Shown: positions 41,699 to 54,632 of the stretch, piece by piece
Position numbering within the stretch: position 1 is the stretch's first letter
How the letters are laid out: every line of letters starts with the position of its first letter
Source: Mobula hypostoma
Taxonomy: Eukaryota
Direction of reading: 5' to 3'
Length of the DNA stretch: 64,000 nt
Assembly (NCBI RefSeq): GCF_963921235.1
Contig: NC_086097.1
Coordinates: 29,328,001-29,392,000, forward strand
Translations under genes and position numbers: made by a program
Notes under the pieces: generated by a model
What the model saw: the letters and a program-made list of their open reading frames with translations, nothing else
Told to the model about the DNA's origin: nothing
The model's database searches: none

Positions 41699-41854
41699 CG
41701 TGTCTTTCATTTCACTCTTGTCTGCAATGTATTTGTCCTGATTAACCACGTAGCCAGGAGGAAGCCAATTAACGGGTGGGTCAAATATTGAGACCACCAT
41801 TCGACTAGGAAGACCTTTCTTCTTTCCGAGGCGATAGAGATTACAATTGCTGAC
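41699..41854 (-). CDS. DICER1: DICER1 exon (exon 22 equivalent), RNase IIIa continuation
   Basis: ccAG|GTC AGC AAT TGT gives [41 protein letters not shown]. Donor ACG|GTAGGT. 156 nt, phase 0/0. Confidence 0.96.
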
Positions 41855-43217
41855 CTGGTTAAGTGACACAAAAAGGCAGGTTATTAATTTTATCTAGCAT
41901 TCAAATACAAAACTATCACCAACATTTTTCATGGAAAAGGGAAATGCCTACAATCAAACAGTGGGAAGAAATTTTATTTAACTGTCTTAAAAGAATAGGG
42001 GTATTATTGAATATGTAACTTATCCCACATTAGGGCAGTTAAGCTGATGCCAGGACTTTGAAATTATTCCAAATCAATCTTTCAACAGTCTACTGCAAAT
42101 TATTTCAATAAGTTTGGTACTGCTTTCCATTGCCGTTCCATTCAGTTCTGACTTGGACAAAAAAATAACAAAATGGCATTTCAAATTTCTAACCTTTAAA
42201 ATACACATCCAAGCAATATGATGGGACACTGAAAGATATGTTCAGCTTTAACAGTTCACAAGTCAATTAACGCAAACTGTCAATGCTTAATGACACTTGC
42301 TAATAAGCACTCAATCTGCATTTACTGTGGTAGTGACCATTTGGGCACCTATCCACCAAGTATCACTAGATTTTGTTGCAACTGCACTACTTTCATTTCT
42401 GTATGCATCCAACTTCATCTGCCAGACATTTGTCCCTACTACTAGCCGAGTTCTACACACTACTACAATTTATCACCTTTCCTCACCACTACACTGCAAC
42501 CACCATCTTGAAATAAAGAATAAAAACCAGGCAGACCAACCAGCATCCAAAATGACATCTAATGCAAAGTTGCTCCAGCCTATTCAACTTTGGAACAAAT
42601 CCTCATTTGCAAAACATCTAGAAACTGCAATCTAGACTGGTGGAGCTGCCTCACAAGTTAACCGAGCAACAGGCTGAAAGGGAAATTGTAGGAGTACCTT
42701 CAATTAAATGACAGAAAAAGTTATAAGAGGTGGCTAGAAAATTAAAGCTAGCCTTACTAGTGATACACAGTTCTTGTAAAATAAATAATAAAATCCATTC
42801 TCTCCCTGCCCCCCATGCAGGACATATACCAGAAGCACTGTCTTTGCAGAGCCCTCAGCATTGTCAAGGACTCTTCCCATCTGCAGCACAAGTTCTTTGA
42901 TCTCCCACCATCACGCAGAAGATACTGCAGTAGAAGAACAAGTCTATTAGGCTGGGTAATGGCTTCTTTTCCCAGGCTGAGAGACTTTTGAACACCTTGC
43001 TATCAGCCAGTACACATACATTACAGTGCCAGCAGCATTATATTGATGCATACTTAACTATGTGGTATATGCTCTTTATGTCAACTTGTACATCTACAGA
43101 ATATTTTTATTGTATGTTGTATGTTAATATTATTCTGTGCTGTATGTGATATATATATATACTGTGTTTTGCACCTTGCTGTACATATATGTATGGTTCA
43201 ATCTTTATTTAAATTAT

Positions 43218-43817
43218 TGTATGCCATATCCCCACAAAACATTAGGTTGGAAAATGGGATGTGGGGGGTTTGGAATATGAGAGTTTAGTATGTGTGCGCG
43301 CCAGAAGAGTCACTGAAGTAGTGCAGAGGAACAGGAAAAGAGAAGATGTAGATTTGTACTGAGATTTCAAATAAACACGAGTGGGAACATGGTCCAACCA
43401 AAAATGGGAAGAATAGAACAGGAATGAAGTCATAGATGGATTGGGATGTGGAGTTACAATTTTTCTTGTATTTTTATATAATCACCTATATAGGTACATA
43501 TAATTGTTAAATGAATTTGCTAGTGATTACAGCACAGTTGCTCTTGTATTTTTCTAGAAGCTTCTTAGTTTTCAGTAGCAGGGACCACACCACTTGAATA
43601 TGGCTATTTTATAGGCTAATAGTTATCACTGGAAGTTTTTGTCATCTCTATTCTGAGTACGAGATAACCATAACGGTTTTCTTCGTTTTTTCCTCTCGAC
43701 TCCTCTTTCTTGTTCAATTTCCATTCTTGTAACACTTAATGAAACAACCATAAGCAACAGGTTTTATGCCTCATTCTTGAGATCCATTGGATTGCAAATG
43801 TATCAGGATCTAAAACA
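43218..43817. mobile_element. Possible older solo LTR
   Basis: TGT...ACA ends with an imperfect 4-bp TSD (TTAT / TCAT), 600 bp. Confidence 0.3.
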
Positions 43818-46535
43818 TCATAGAAATTATAGAGCACAGAAATAAGCCCATCGTCTGTGACAACTGTGATGCTCATCTACACTAATTCTATTTGTCTGTA
43901 TTACACCAGTATCTCTCTACTCTTTTCCTATCCAAGTATCTGTACAAGTGCTTTACCAATATTGTTATTGTACATACAACAGTGCAAGTGTTTGTTAGTC
44001 ATTGATTCTATTGTATTTCTTTGTTCTGTGAATGCCTGCAAGAAAATGAATTCCAGGGTAGCATATCGGACATCAGAAGTTTTGAGAGGAGGGGACTTCA
44101 TTCAGGTCCGTTGCCTGAGCACAAAAGACAGCACAGCGGGTTGCTACAGTGAAAAAGAGCTTTGACCAGCAACCAATTGGCATTTAGGATTAATTGATAA
44201 GCAACAGCAAATTAAAGGAAGGCCAGGACAAGTGCAGCAGCGATCGTCTGAATAGACAGAGTCAGGGTGATTTTGAGGCTTCAGCTCTTTGAGGTTTCAA
44301 CAAAGAGATGATTTAGTCAAAGAAAGCAAAGGAAAGAAAAGCTGACGGTTAAGTTTTTTTTCCTTCCCTTCTTCGTATCTACTCAGCAAGGACAGTAGAG
44401 ATGCCAAGCAGGATAGTGGGATGCGAGTAGGCAAGGAGACTGCCAGTGTCCCTGTCGACTACAACTGCAAGAAGTGCATCCTAACAAACCAGCTTCTAAC
44501 AAACTGCGTTAAGGAGTCGGAGCTGGAACTGGGAGAACCATGGATCATTCGAGAGGCCGGGGGGGGGGTGGGGGTGGGGGTGATAGACAGGACATAGAGA
44601 GAGGCAGTTACACCCAAGGTGCAGGACACAGGAAACTGGGTCACAGTCAGGAAAGGGGAAAGGTTAAAGGAGCCAATGCAGAGCACCTATGGCCATCCTC
44701 CTTAACAAAAGGTATACCACTTTGGACAATGTCAGGGAGTGGGGGTGGGGGGGGGGAAAGAATGACCCTAACAGAGGAAAGTCACTCTGGCACTGAGTCT
44801 GCCTCTGTGACTCAGAAGGGAAGGGGCACGCTGCGGTGAAGGGGATTTGTTAACTAAGGAAAAGACTGGAGGTTCTGTGGGCAAGAATAAGATTCCCACA
44901 TAATATATTGCCTCCAGGGTGCCAAGGTCCAGGATATCTCAGATTGAGTTTTCAGCATTCTTAACTGGCAGAGTGAACAGCCAGAGGTTGTGGTCCATGT
45001 AGGTACCAATGACATGGGTAGGATGAGTGATGAGGTTCTGCATAGGGAGTTTAGGGAGTCAGGTGTAAAGCTAAAGGGAAGAACTTCGAGGGTTGTGATC
45101 TCAGGATTGCTACCTACGCCACATGCTAGTGAGGTTAGAAGTAGGAAGATTATAGGGTTTAATACATGGCCAAGGTGTTGGTGTAGGAGGGAGGGCATAA
45201 GATTTTTGGATCATTGGGCTCTCTTCTAGGGAAGGTGGGACTTGTACAGAAGGGGCAGTTTGCATCTGAACTGGAGGGGGACTAACATCCTAGCAGGAAG
45301 GTTTGTTAATGCTGCATGATGGGGCTTAAACTGGAGTTGCAAGGGAATGGGAACCAGAGTGCCAGAACAGTTAGTGGGGAAGTTGAGGAGGGAGATGTTG
45401 GTAAGACCTCAGACATATATTTCAATGCAAGTAGTATCACAGGCGAGACGGATAATAGAGATGAACATGAGGTAGCTGTTTTACAAACAGAGGTAATGTG
45501 TAGTGAGGCGAGACTGGTGATAGGGCAGAACTGCAGACAACAGGATGAGTTGCAATGTTAAAGGCGGACAAAATAGAAAAGGGTGAATACAGGACTGAAG
45601 GTGTTGTATTTGAATGCATGCAGTATACGGAACAAGGTAGATGAATTTGCAGATTGGCAGGTATGATATAGGGATCAGTGAATCAAGGCTGATAAAACAT
45701 TATATGTGGGAGCTTAATGTCTAAGGATACACAATGCATAAAGGACAGGCAGGAAAGCAGATGCGGTGGCATTGCTCTGTTGGTAAAAAAATGAGATCAA
45801 ATCATTTGAAAGAGGTGACATAGGGTCAGAAGGTGTTGAATTATTGGGGATTGAGCTAAGGAACTGCAAGGGACATGATGGGAGTTGTATACAGATCCTC
45901 AAACAGTAGTAAGGACATGGCCTACAAATTACAAAGGGAGATAGCAAAAGGGCAATGTTACAATAGTCATGGAGGATTCCAATATGTAGGAAGATCGGGA
46001 AAATCAGGTTAGCACTGGATTAGAGAAGAAGAAATTTCTAGAGTGTCCATGGGATGACTTTTTAGAGCAGCTTGTGGTTGAGCCCACTAGAGGATCTGCT
46101 ATTCTAGATTGGGTGTTGTGCAATGAGCCAGAATTGATTAGAGAGCTTAAGGTAAAAGAACCCTTAGGGATAATTGATCATAATATGATTGAATTCATCC
46201 TGAAATTTGAGAAGCTAAAGTCAGATGTATCAGTATTACAGTGGAGTAAAGGGAATTACATAGGCACGAGAGATGAGTTGGTCAGAATTGATTGGAAAAG
46301 AACACTGGCAGGGATGAGAGCAGAGCAGCAACGGCTGGATTTTCTGACAGCAATTCGGAAGCCACAGGATATATACATCCCAAAGAGGAAGGAGTATTTT
46401 AAAAGAAAGATGACACTACCATGGCTAACCAGTCAAAGCCACCATAAAGGCCAAAGAGAGAGCATATAATAGACTAAAAATCAGTGGAAAGTTTGAGGAT
46501 TGGAAAGCTTTTAAAAACCAACAGAGAGCAACTAA

Positions 46536-46758
46536 CAACACAAACAACAGGAATTCTGCAGATGCTGGAAATTCAAGCAACACACATCAAAGTTGCTGGT
46601 GAACGCAGCAGGCCAGGCAGCATCTCTAGGAAGAGGTACAGTCGACGTTTCAGGCCGAGACCCTTCGTTAGTCCTGACGAAGGGTCTCGGCCTGAAACGT
46701 CGACTGTACCTCTTCCTAGAGATGCTGCCTGGCCTGCTGCGTTCACCAGCAACTTTGA
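46536..46758. mobile_element. Palindromic mini-insertion made of two PLE 3' ends, inside a CR1
   Basis: 82-bp inverted arms (46587-46668 / 46677-46758) with an 8-nt loop. TSD AGAGAGCAACTAA / AGAAAGCAACTAA. Confidence 0.9.
46670..46705 (+). ncRNA. Minimal type I hammerhead ribozyme in a palindromic mini-PLE
   Basis: AGTC-CTGACGA-AGGGTCTCGGCCT-GAAAC-GTC^GACT, intact. Confidence 0.85.
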
Positions 46759-49700
46759 AGAAAGCAACTAAAAAAGTCATTAAGGCAAAGATGGAATATG
46801 AATGTAAGCTAGCCAATAATACTAAAGAGGATACCAAAAGTTTCTTCAGATACATAAAGTGAAATAGAGGTGAGAGTGGATATCGGACCACTGGAAAACT
46901 ATGCTGGAGAGGTAGTAATGGGAGATAATGAAATGGCGTACAAACTTAATAAGTATTTTGTGACCGCCTTCACTGTGGTGGAAGTTCCAGGTATCAGGGT
47001 CATGAAGAGTGTGAAGTTACCATAACTAGAGAGAAGGCTCTTGGGAAACTGAAAAGGTAGATAAGTCATCTGGACCAGATGGTGTACACCCCGTGGTACT
47101 AAAAGTGGTGGCCCACAAGGCATTAATGATCTTTCAAGAATCACTAGATTCTGGAATGGTTCTGGACTGGAAATCTGCAGATATCACTCCATTCTTTAAG
47201 AAGAGAAAGAGGCAGAAGAAAGGAAATTATAGGCCAGTTAGTCTGACCTCAGTGGTTGGGAAGATGTTGGAGTCGATTAATAAGGATGAGGTCTCAAGAG
47301 TACTTGGAGGCATATGATAAAATAGGCCATAGTCAGTATGGTTTCCTCAAGGGAAAATCTTGCCAGACTGAGGCGCAAAGAGACTTGTGAGTCCTTGAGC
47401 AGGATTCCCCAAAGACTAATTTGCAGGTTGACTTTGTGTTGAGAAATGTAAATGCAATGTCAGCAATCATTGAAAGAGGACAAGAACATAAAAGCAAGGA
47501 TGTAATGTTGAGAGATTATAAAGCACTGATGAGGCCTTACTTGGAGTATTGTGAGCAGTTTTGGGCCCTTATCTTAGAAAGGATGTGCTGAAACTGGAGC
47601 GGGTTCATAGGAGGTTCACATAAATAATTCCATGATTAAACGGCTTTTCATTTGAAGAGTGTTTGGTGGCTCTGGGTTTGTATTCACCTGGAATTCAGAA
47701 GAATGAGGAGTAACCTCATTGAAACTTATTGAATGGTGAAAGGCCTTGATAGATTGGATGTGGAGAAGATATTTTCTATGATGGGAGAGTCTAAGACGAG
47801 AGGACACAGCCTCGGAATAGAGGGGTGTCTTTTTAAAATGGAGATGAGGAAGAATTTCTTTAGCCAGAGAGTGGTGAATCTGTGGAATTCTTTGTCATAG
47901 GCACCAATGGAGGCCAAGTTTTTATATATATTTAAGACAGGTTGATAAATTCTTGACTGGTCAGGGAATGAAGGAATACGGGGAGAAGGCAGGAGATTCA
48001 GGCTGAGAGGAAAATTGGATCAGCCATGATAAAATGGTGGAGCAGACTCAATGGGTCAAATGGTCTAATTCTGCTCCTACATTTTATAGTCTCATATGGT
48101 GACACATTGATAATAAATTTATTTTGAACATTGCACAAGAATCCCAAGGCAACCACTATGTTGTTAAAGAAGAAACATGGATAAATACTTCTGTGTGAGT
48201 ATACAGTAGGTTAATGTGGTATGGATGTATGAAATTGCAAAGGCAAAAGCATATGACCTTAGCAGGTATATTGAGTTGCAATCTAGCATACAAGTTAAAA
48301 ACAGATCACATCACATCAAGGCCAGAGAGAGCGAGCAATCTAACAAGTGTAAGGGTATTGTCAAGAGTTTTTAGCACAAGCTAATAAAATTCACTTATAA
48401 CGGAAGCTGTTCCTTAAAGAAGTTCCTGTTCCAAGGAATTTCTAAAAATACAGGTGTGGTCAAAGTAGTGTAACGATTAGAGAAATGAAAGCAGAGCCTG
48501 TGGCCACAAAGGAGGTCATCCAAAGGTCAGAGTGGCTTCCAAGAGGGTTGGAAAAAGCTGCAAGTGCTGTGAGGTCAAGAGTCACGGGAGAAGGAAAGCA
48601 AGTGGACAGGTTCACCCTTTGAAACAAAAGAAAAGCAAAAACATCTTGCATTTTGATTGGAAACAAAATGGGAAAAGAAATTAATGCAAAAGAAAGCAGC
48701 AGGGCGAGTTCGGAATCACAAAACAAAAATGATTGAACCAAATCTGGCAGCAGAGAACTGGTGCAGCAAAATGTCAGTCAACTAAGAATTGTATTGGATG
48801 AAGGATAAAGAACAAAAAATTATACTCAGATTATGCCAGTTTAGTGATTTTTCCACAGTTCAAGTGCCAGACTGAAAACTGAATAAGAGCGATTAGTTAC
48901 TGAACTGATCCAAACTAGACTAGATTTTAAAATCTCAAAAGAAACAGAACCTTACCATTAGACCTATTCCTCCAAAAAAAATCTTTTAATGAGTGCTAAA
49001 GTAAATGAATTCAGGCTGAAAATGTAGCTAACTGAAGATCCATGTTTTCTCAGTAGGAAGCAAAGGGAATAGTTCTATTTTTAAAAAATAATTTTAAAGC
49101 CTGACATATCTGCCAGATTCCTACTAGTACATGGCATATTGTTGATGACCTAGATACTTGACCTCCAGTTAAAGGAGGGAGAATGAAGAATGTAGCTGTA
49201 TCAATTGTGTGAGCTGTCGGTCTGGATGCCACCATCTAGAAAAGAACTCCGCATTGTAAATCCAGAAGACTCTTCCCATGTAAAGACATTAATTCTATCA
49301 CTGAAAAACCCAATGGAGCTACAAGTGCCACCAGCCACAGGAGAACAACGTACTTATATACAAGGCGTGTTATACAAAGTATAATAAAACCCACATATTA
49401 ATGTAGAGAATCTGCATGTCAGGTTCAAAGCCCTGGTGTAGCAGTTTGGGAACTCCTGTCATGGCTTCACTGCTACTTCAGGTTTGGGACTTAAAAAAAA
49501 TCCAAAGGAGTGGAATATGGAGAAGTGAATAATGAAAATTCATATATTTGAATGAGAAGAGCACATTCAACTAAAATGGATTCTTGTACCTTTCCTGGTA
49601 ATGCTGCCTTGCTGTATTTAAAATATTCACTTCATTGACAGGATTTAAGAAAAGCTGCCACATCAATTAAAAAGCAAAAAAAAAGGACTTTTCAAGTAGA

Positions 49701-52469
49701 TTGATAGGTGCTGAAATAGAAAAATGTGCTAAGTGCCTGAAGGCTATGATGACTTTTGGTTAATAAAGTAAATAGACACCATCTTAAAAAACACAGCCAG
49801 TTTCAACTTACTCAGCTGAATAGATTAAAATACTAATGACTTGAATTTTAACAGCGATTATAAAACATCAAGTTGTTTCAGAGAAACAACCATACAGCTG
49901 AGCTTTAAAAAGTTTATAAGAATTAGTTTCAAAGGAAAGAGTTGGAAAGCTCAAGGCTTTATGGGTATTCGACAACTTTAATCATGGCCACATGACAAAG
50001 CACCTCCCAGGCACAAAAAAAAACAACATCCAGTTAAACTGCTTATTTTCCAATAACCAAAATAACACCAGGAATCAAAAATCACACAGAAGTGCTCAAG
50101 AATAAATAATGAAATGTTAATATACATATTATACACACGCACATAGAGTAAAGCAAATTATATTTGATTTCAGTTTCTTTTTGAGGGGTTTATTTTCCAT
50201 TTTGAGGAGGAAATTGCAAACTATGCTTATAGATTTTTGATACCATCAATTTCCAGTCATTATAACAAAAACTATGAACACTGGAATTAAAAAAAAGTAA
50301 CGGAGAAATGCTGGATGGTGCCAGGGCTTTGCTAGTAGCCTGGAATGTTAACCCATCTCTTCAGAACTTCAAACCTTTCGTGTTTTTATTTCATTTTGTA
50401 TCCTTGTGGCTGCATCAATTTTGTTCAGCGCATCAATTAAACAGCAGCACGCCCGTCATAGCTAAAGCCAGGGGCGACTATTTAGGCAGAAACTGGTAAT
50501 GTTTTCCAGGTGCCCCCTTTCTATTTTCTTTAAAATTGATTTATTAAGGAAACAGCTGCAATTACAACAATATAATTTAGAACACATTTCCTGCTAAATC
50601 ATCCATTTTATTCTTTACACACCACACTCTGAAATAATTAAACACTACAATATTCCCCCCAATCTGAAATTATTCTGTCAGAACATGGGCTTCGTAACAT
50701 TATTCCAGTGTATTACAGTATAATGTATAAATATGCTTCTAACAATCTGTCATTATGGTGACACCTAGAAGACTCTCCAGGATTGATGTGGGCAGACTCT
50801 GTAATCATTCAGTAACTCAAATGAAAAGTACAAGTGTCAAGATGTTTGGAAATATTGCACTGCACTTATAAAATAATAATTACTGTTATGACATTTGATT
50901 TCTTTTGACAGTTTGGAACAGATGGGATTTTTTTTTCAACATTCTCCAAATCTGATTTCCTTACATTTTCCTGTCGTGTGGCTGAATGTGCATCAAAAGC
51001 CTTTTTTTATCCTCCCCATCTGCCTTTTTATTGAGTCTACCAATTTAAGACGGCAGACAGGGTTAATTGTCCTGGCAATGTTTGCATGAGCACAAAAAGG
51101 CTTTTGCAGGAAGACTATGACATACCATGTTGAAACCTGACATTTAATTTCACTTGCCCAGATAGTCACTTGTGACAATTAAACAGTACCTGTCATTTCA
51201 AAAGGGCTATTTATTTCTTAAAAGGCTGATAACCTGCTTTAAAGTAAATCTTAAAAATTACACACATTAGTTGGAATTCAATATTTGCTCGAGCAAAGGA
51301 CCGAGAGCTCCATTTGCAAGCTTTTAAGAGTGGTTCAGTTGATTCATTTAACAAGTGAGGACCCTGCCTGTTTGGATGATATTGAAATGAGAGGGACATT
51401 TTCTTCTTCTGCAGCAATAGACAAAAACAACTTCAGAAATAAAGGATAAAGTACTGGAATCCCAATACTGTACAACTGTTACAACTTCAAGTGAGTAGAG
51501 AAATCATATCATTGAGAAAGTCATTTTCAATAAAAGTGAACATTAAATGTGGTGACTTATTGCATGTTTGAAGAAACAAGACATAAAAATGTTAATGAAT
51601 GAGTTCTCAAACTGATAATCTTATGGAAATGTACATTTAAAAAGAAGGACAAATCATTATTTTCACAGGATACCTTTCCTTGTTGTTTCGCCACCTAGGA
51701 CTGTAGTGATGTTAGTAATTAATTTTGCTTGTGATCCCTAAAGGCATATTTCTAATACCAAGACTGGACTGGGATAGAATGCTCTGCTAAGCAGTATATT
51801 GCCTCTTAAGACAGGCAAAGATCCCAGTCACAGAAGAAAACTGAACTTCCTCACCATGATTTAGTGCAGGAATTTTCTTTCCTGAGACATCCTCCTTGGA
51901 GATTTAGCTTCTAGTTTTCCAAATCGAGGTGAAAGCTTCTATACTTTAGCAGCTTGCCCCCTAAACTGTTTGTGCATAATTATTAACTCAGCTTTTACTT
52001 TATAAAACTCAGTCCTGTCCCAGAGAAAGCCCATTTCCTTTTTTTCTAAGAAAGCAATTTTTGTGCCTGACTGGCAACCACTCACTCTGAGCTCAGTGTC
52101 TGCTTTAGATAATGTGATGCTGCTTGCCTGAAATAACAGGAACAGCAGCAGGTGACAGAGCCTTAAGCTTGGTGCCAGGTGGTCTTTGGTAGTACCACTT
52201 TCACCTGATCCGTGTATCTCTCAGCTTCAAGCCCTCAGTAAATTTATTGATTTGGCTTAAACCATCTTCAATAATTGAGCATCCCTCTACAGTACAGAAT
52301 TCCCTCACATTTACAATATTCAGCCAGATGTCCTTGGTACAACTTCATGTCTGAAAATAACAAATAAGTACTTTAGCCCATGCCCAATTACTGAAATTGT
52401 AAGAGCACAAACTGTGGGTTACTTATTATTAATCAATAACAGACAGACAACACAAACACCTATGAACAG

Positions 52470-53607
52470 CATCTTGACGTCAACTATAGCTCTGCATTTA
52501 ATACCATCATTCCCACAATCCTGATTGAGAAGTTGCAGAACCTGGGCCTCTATACCTCCCTTTGCAATTGGATCCTCGACTTCTTACCCAGAAGAGCACA
52601 ATCTGCACGGATTGGTGATAACATCTCCTCCTTGCTGACGATCAACACTGGTGCACCTCAGGGGTGTGTGCTTAGCCCACTGCTCTACTCTTTATATACC
52701 CATGACTGTGTGGTTAGACATAGCTCAAGTACTATCTATAAATTTGCTGACGATACAACCATTAGTGGTAGAATCTCAGATAGTGACGAGAGGGCGTACA
52801 GGAGTGAGATATGCCAACTAGTGGAATGGTGTCGCAGCAACAACCGGGCACTCAGCATCAGTAAGACGAAAGAGCTGATTGTGGACTTCAGGAAGGGTAA
52901 GGCAAAGGAACACATACCAATCCTCATAGAGGGATCAGAAGTGGAGAGAGTGAGCAGTTTCAAGTTCCTGGGTGTCAAGATCTCTGAAGATCTAACCTGG
53001 TCCCAACATATTGATGTAGTTATAAAGAAGGCCAGACAGCAACTGTACTTTGGTACGTCAACAAATACACTCAAAAACTTCTATAGATGTACCATGGAGA
53101 GCATTCTGACAGGTTGCATCACTGTCTGGTATTGGAGGGGTGGGGGTTACTGCACACAGGAACGAAAGAAGCTACAGAGGGTCATAAATTTAGTCAGCTC
53201 CATGTTGGGTACTAGCCTACAAAGTATCCAAGACATCTTCAAGGAGCGGTGTCTCAGAAAGGTAGCATCCATTATTAAGGACCTCCATCACCCAGTGCCT
53301 ACTCTTTTCTCACTGTTTCCATCAGGTAGGAGGTACAGAAGCCTGAAGGCACACACTCTGTGATTCAACAACAGCTTCTTCCCCTCTGCCATCCGAATCG
53401 TAAATGGACATTGAACCCTCAAGACACTACCTTACTTTAATATATATATATATATATATATAGCACAATTTTTAAGCTATTCAATATACATATACTGAAA
53501 ATTTATTATTTTATTTTGTTTTTTTTCTTCTATATTATGTATTGCATTGAACTGCTAAGTTAACAAATTTCACAACACATGCAGTTGATAATAAACCTGA
53601 TTCTGAT
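52470..53607 (+). mobile_element. Rex1/Babar-like LINE 3' fragment
   Basis: 276-aa ORF with [27 protein letters not shown] and PSGRRYRSL. Tail gataataaacctgattctga. Confidence 0.9.
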
Positions 53608-53842
53608 AAACATGAAAAACAAAAGACCTGTAAACAATGTAGCAACTTTCTTTGACGCTAGTCGAAACTAGTTTCATTTCATATTAGAGGTTACTTTTTC
53701 CAAAGGCTACATTCAAATTTCAACCTTCAAGTATCCAGGTATTCAAGTATTCAAGAGACTGGAAGAAATGGCAAAGATCACAGCATGCAAAAGCTATAAT
53801 ACACTTATTGACACCTTTAAAAGTTGGAGATTTAACACTTAC

Positions 53843-54632
53843 CTTCTTACTCCTCATGTAAGACAGTCGCCCTTCATGGGCATCAGGGTATGTACAAAAG
53901 AGATACGTTGTGATAGCATGTTTCAGGAATGAATCGCCAAGCATCTCCAGGCGCTCCAGATTGAAGCCATCACTGGCATTTGACAAGGTCAAGGCTTGGA
54001 GAATCAGGCCAGGGTTAGGGCCAAGGGTTTCTGTTGTATAAGCGCCAGGGGGGCAGTCACCCAAATCCAAAATCCATTGCAGAATTGCTAGAGGCTCTGA
54101 GGAATTGCAGGAAAATGCCTCCTTTAAGCAACAATCTGAGGTAGGTTTGTTAGTAATTCCGTCTAGGTTATTACTTTGTAGATTACATTCAGAACTGGGC
54201 TTGGGCTGGTTCTCACTGTGGTGTGTGTTAAGCATGGGAACTGAGGTAGCTGGTTGTACAAAGAAGTCATGCCTGTAAGAGTTAATTTGATTTTGATGGC
54301 AAATGCACCCTTGGTTTAGCAATTCAGCATTTCCATTGGTTAGGCTTTCGGTACAAACTACGCCATTAACTAGTATTGTGCTCTTGGTAACTTTGTCAGC
54401 ACTGAAGAGCTTTTTGGGAGACAGATTCTTGGTGGCTGGATTGTTCACAGACATCTGGTGAAGGTTCTCAGAGGAGCTCTTGTCGATAGCACCTCGGTGT
54501 GCAGCATCTTCAGGGGCTACAGTTGTGCTGTGTTTACAGTAACACTCATTCTCATCTGTACAGCAGTTGGCAGCCAGGATATAAGCTTTGCTGTCTATAG
54601 ACTTTTTCCACCCAAAGTCTAGGTTGGAATAC
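53843..54632 (-). CDS. DICER1: DICER1 exon (human exon 21 equivalent): connector/linker plus N-terminal half of RNase IIIa
   Basis: Acceptor ttttcttaaAG|G TAT TCC AAC CTA GAC TTT GGG TGG (YSNLDFGWKKSIDSK). Contains LGPNPGLILQALTLSNASDGFNLERLEMLGDSFLKHAITTYLFCTYPDAHEGRLSYMRSKK. Donor AAG|GTAAGT. 790 nt. Confidence 0.97.
54137..54144 (-). promoter_or_regulatory. let-7 8mer site in DICER1 CDS
   Basis: Plus TGAGGTAG = mRNA CTACCTCA, in the codons for PTS. Confidence 0.7.
54242..54263 (-). promoter_or_regulatory. let-7 target site (8mer plus extensive 3' pairing) in DICER1 CDS
   Basis: Plus strand TGAGGTAGCTGGTTGTACAAAG versus let-7a UGAGGUAGUAGGUUGUAUAGUU. Confidence 0.8.

Larger units (their letters stand above)
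44070..48092 (+). mobile_element. Near full-length degenerate CR1 LINE (ORF1 SGNH esterase, APE, RT with an internal deletion, 3' UTR)
   Basis: VHVGTNDMG...VVISGLLP, PTRGSAILDWVL, DHNMIEF, GNYRPVSLTSVVGK, and a CR1 3' end. Confidence 0.9.

Noticed and set aside
44860..45310. SGNH esterase-like peptide as a host gene
   Set aside because: It is the usual CR1 ORF1 esterase domain, disrupted by stops and followed by APE/RT relics.
54242..54263. let-7-like sequence on the plus strand as a miRNA gene
   Set aside because: It lies in DICER1 CDS with no evident precursor hairpin, and is better explained as a target site on the minus-strand mRNA.
53720..54454. ORF-track starts and ends for Dicer fragments (also 41675-41869, 24845-25138, 19846-20079, 17015-17197)
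   Set aside because: These are internal exons. True boundaries are set by splice sites and the ORF extensions are intronic read-through.
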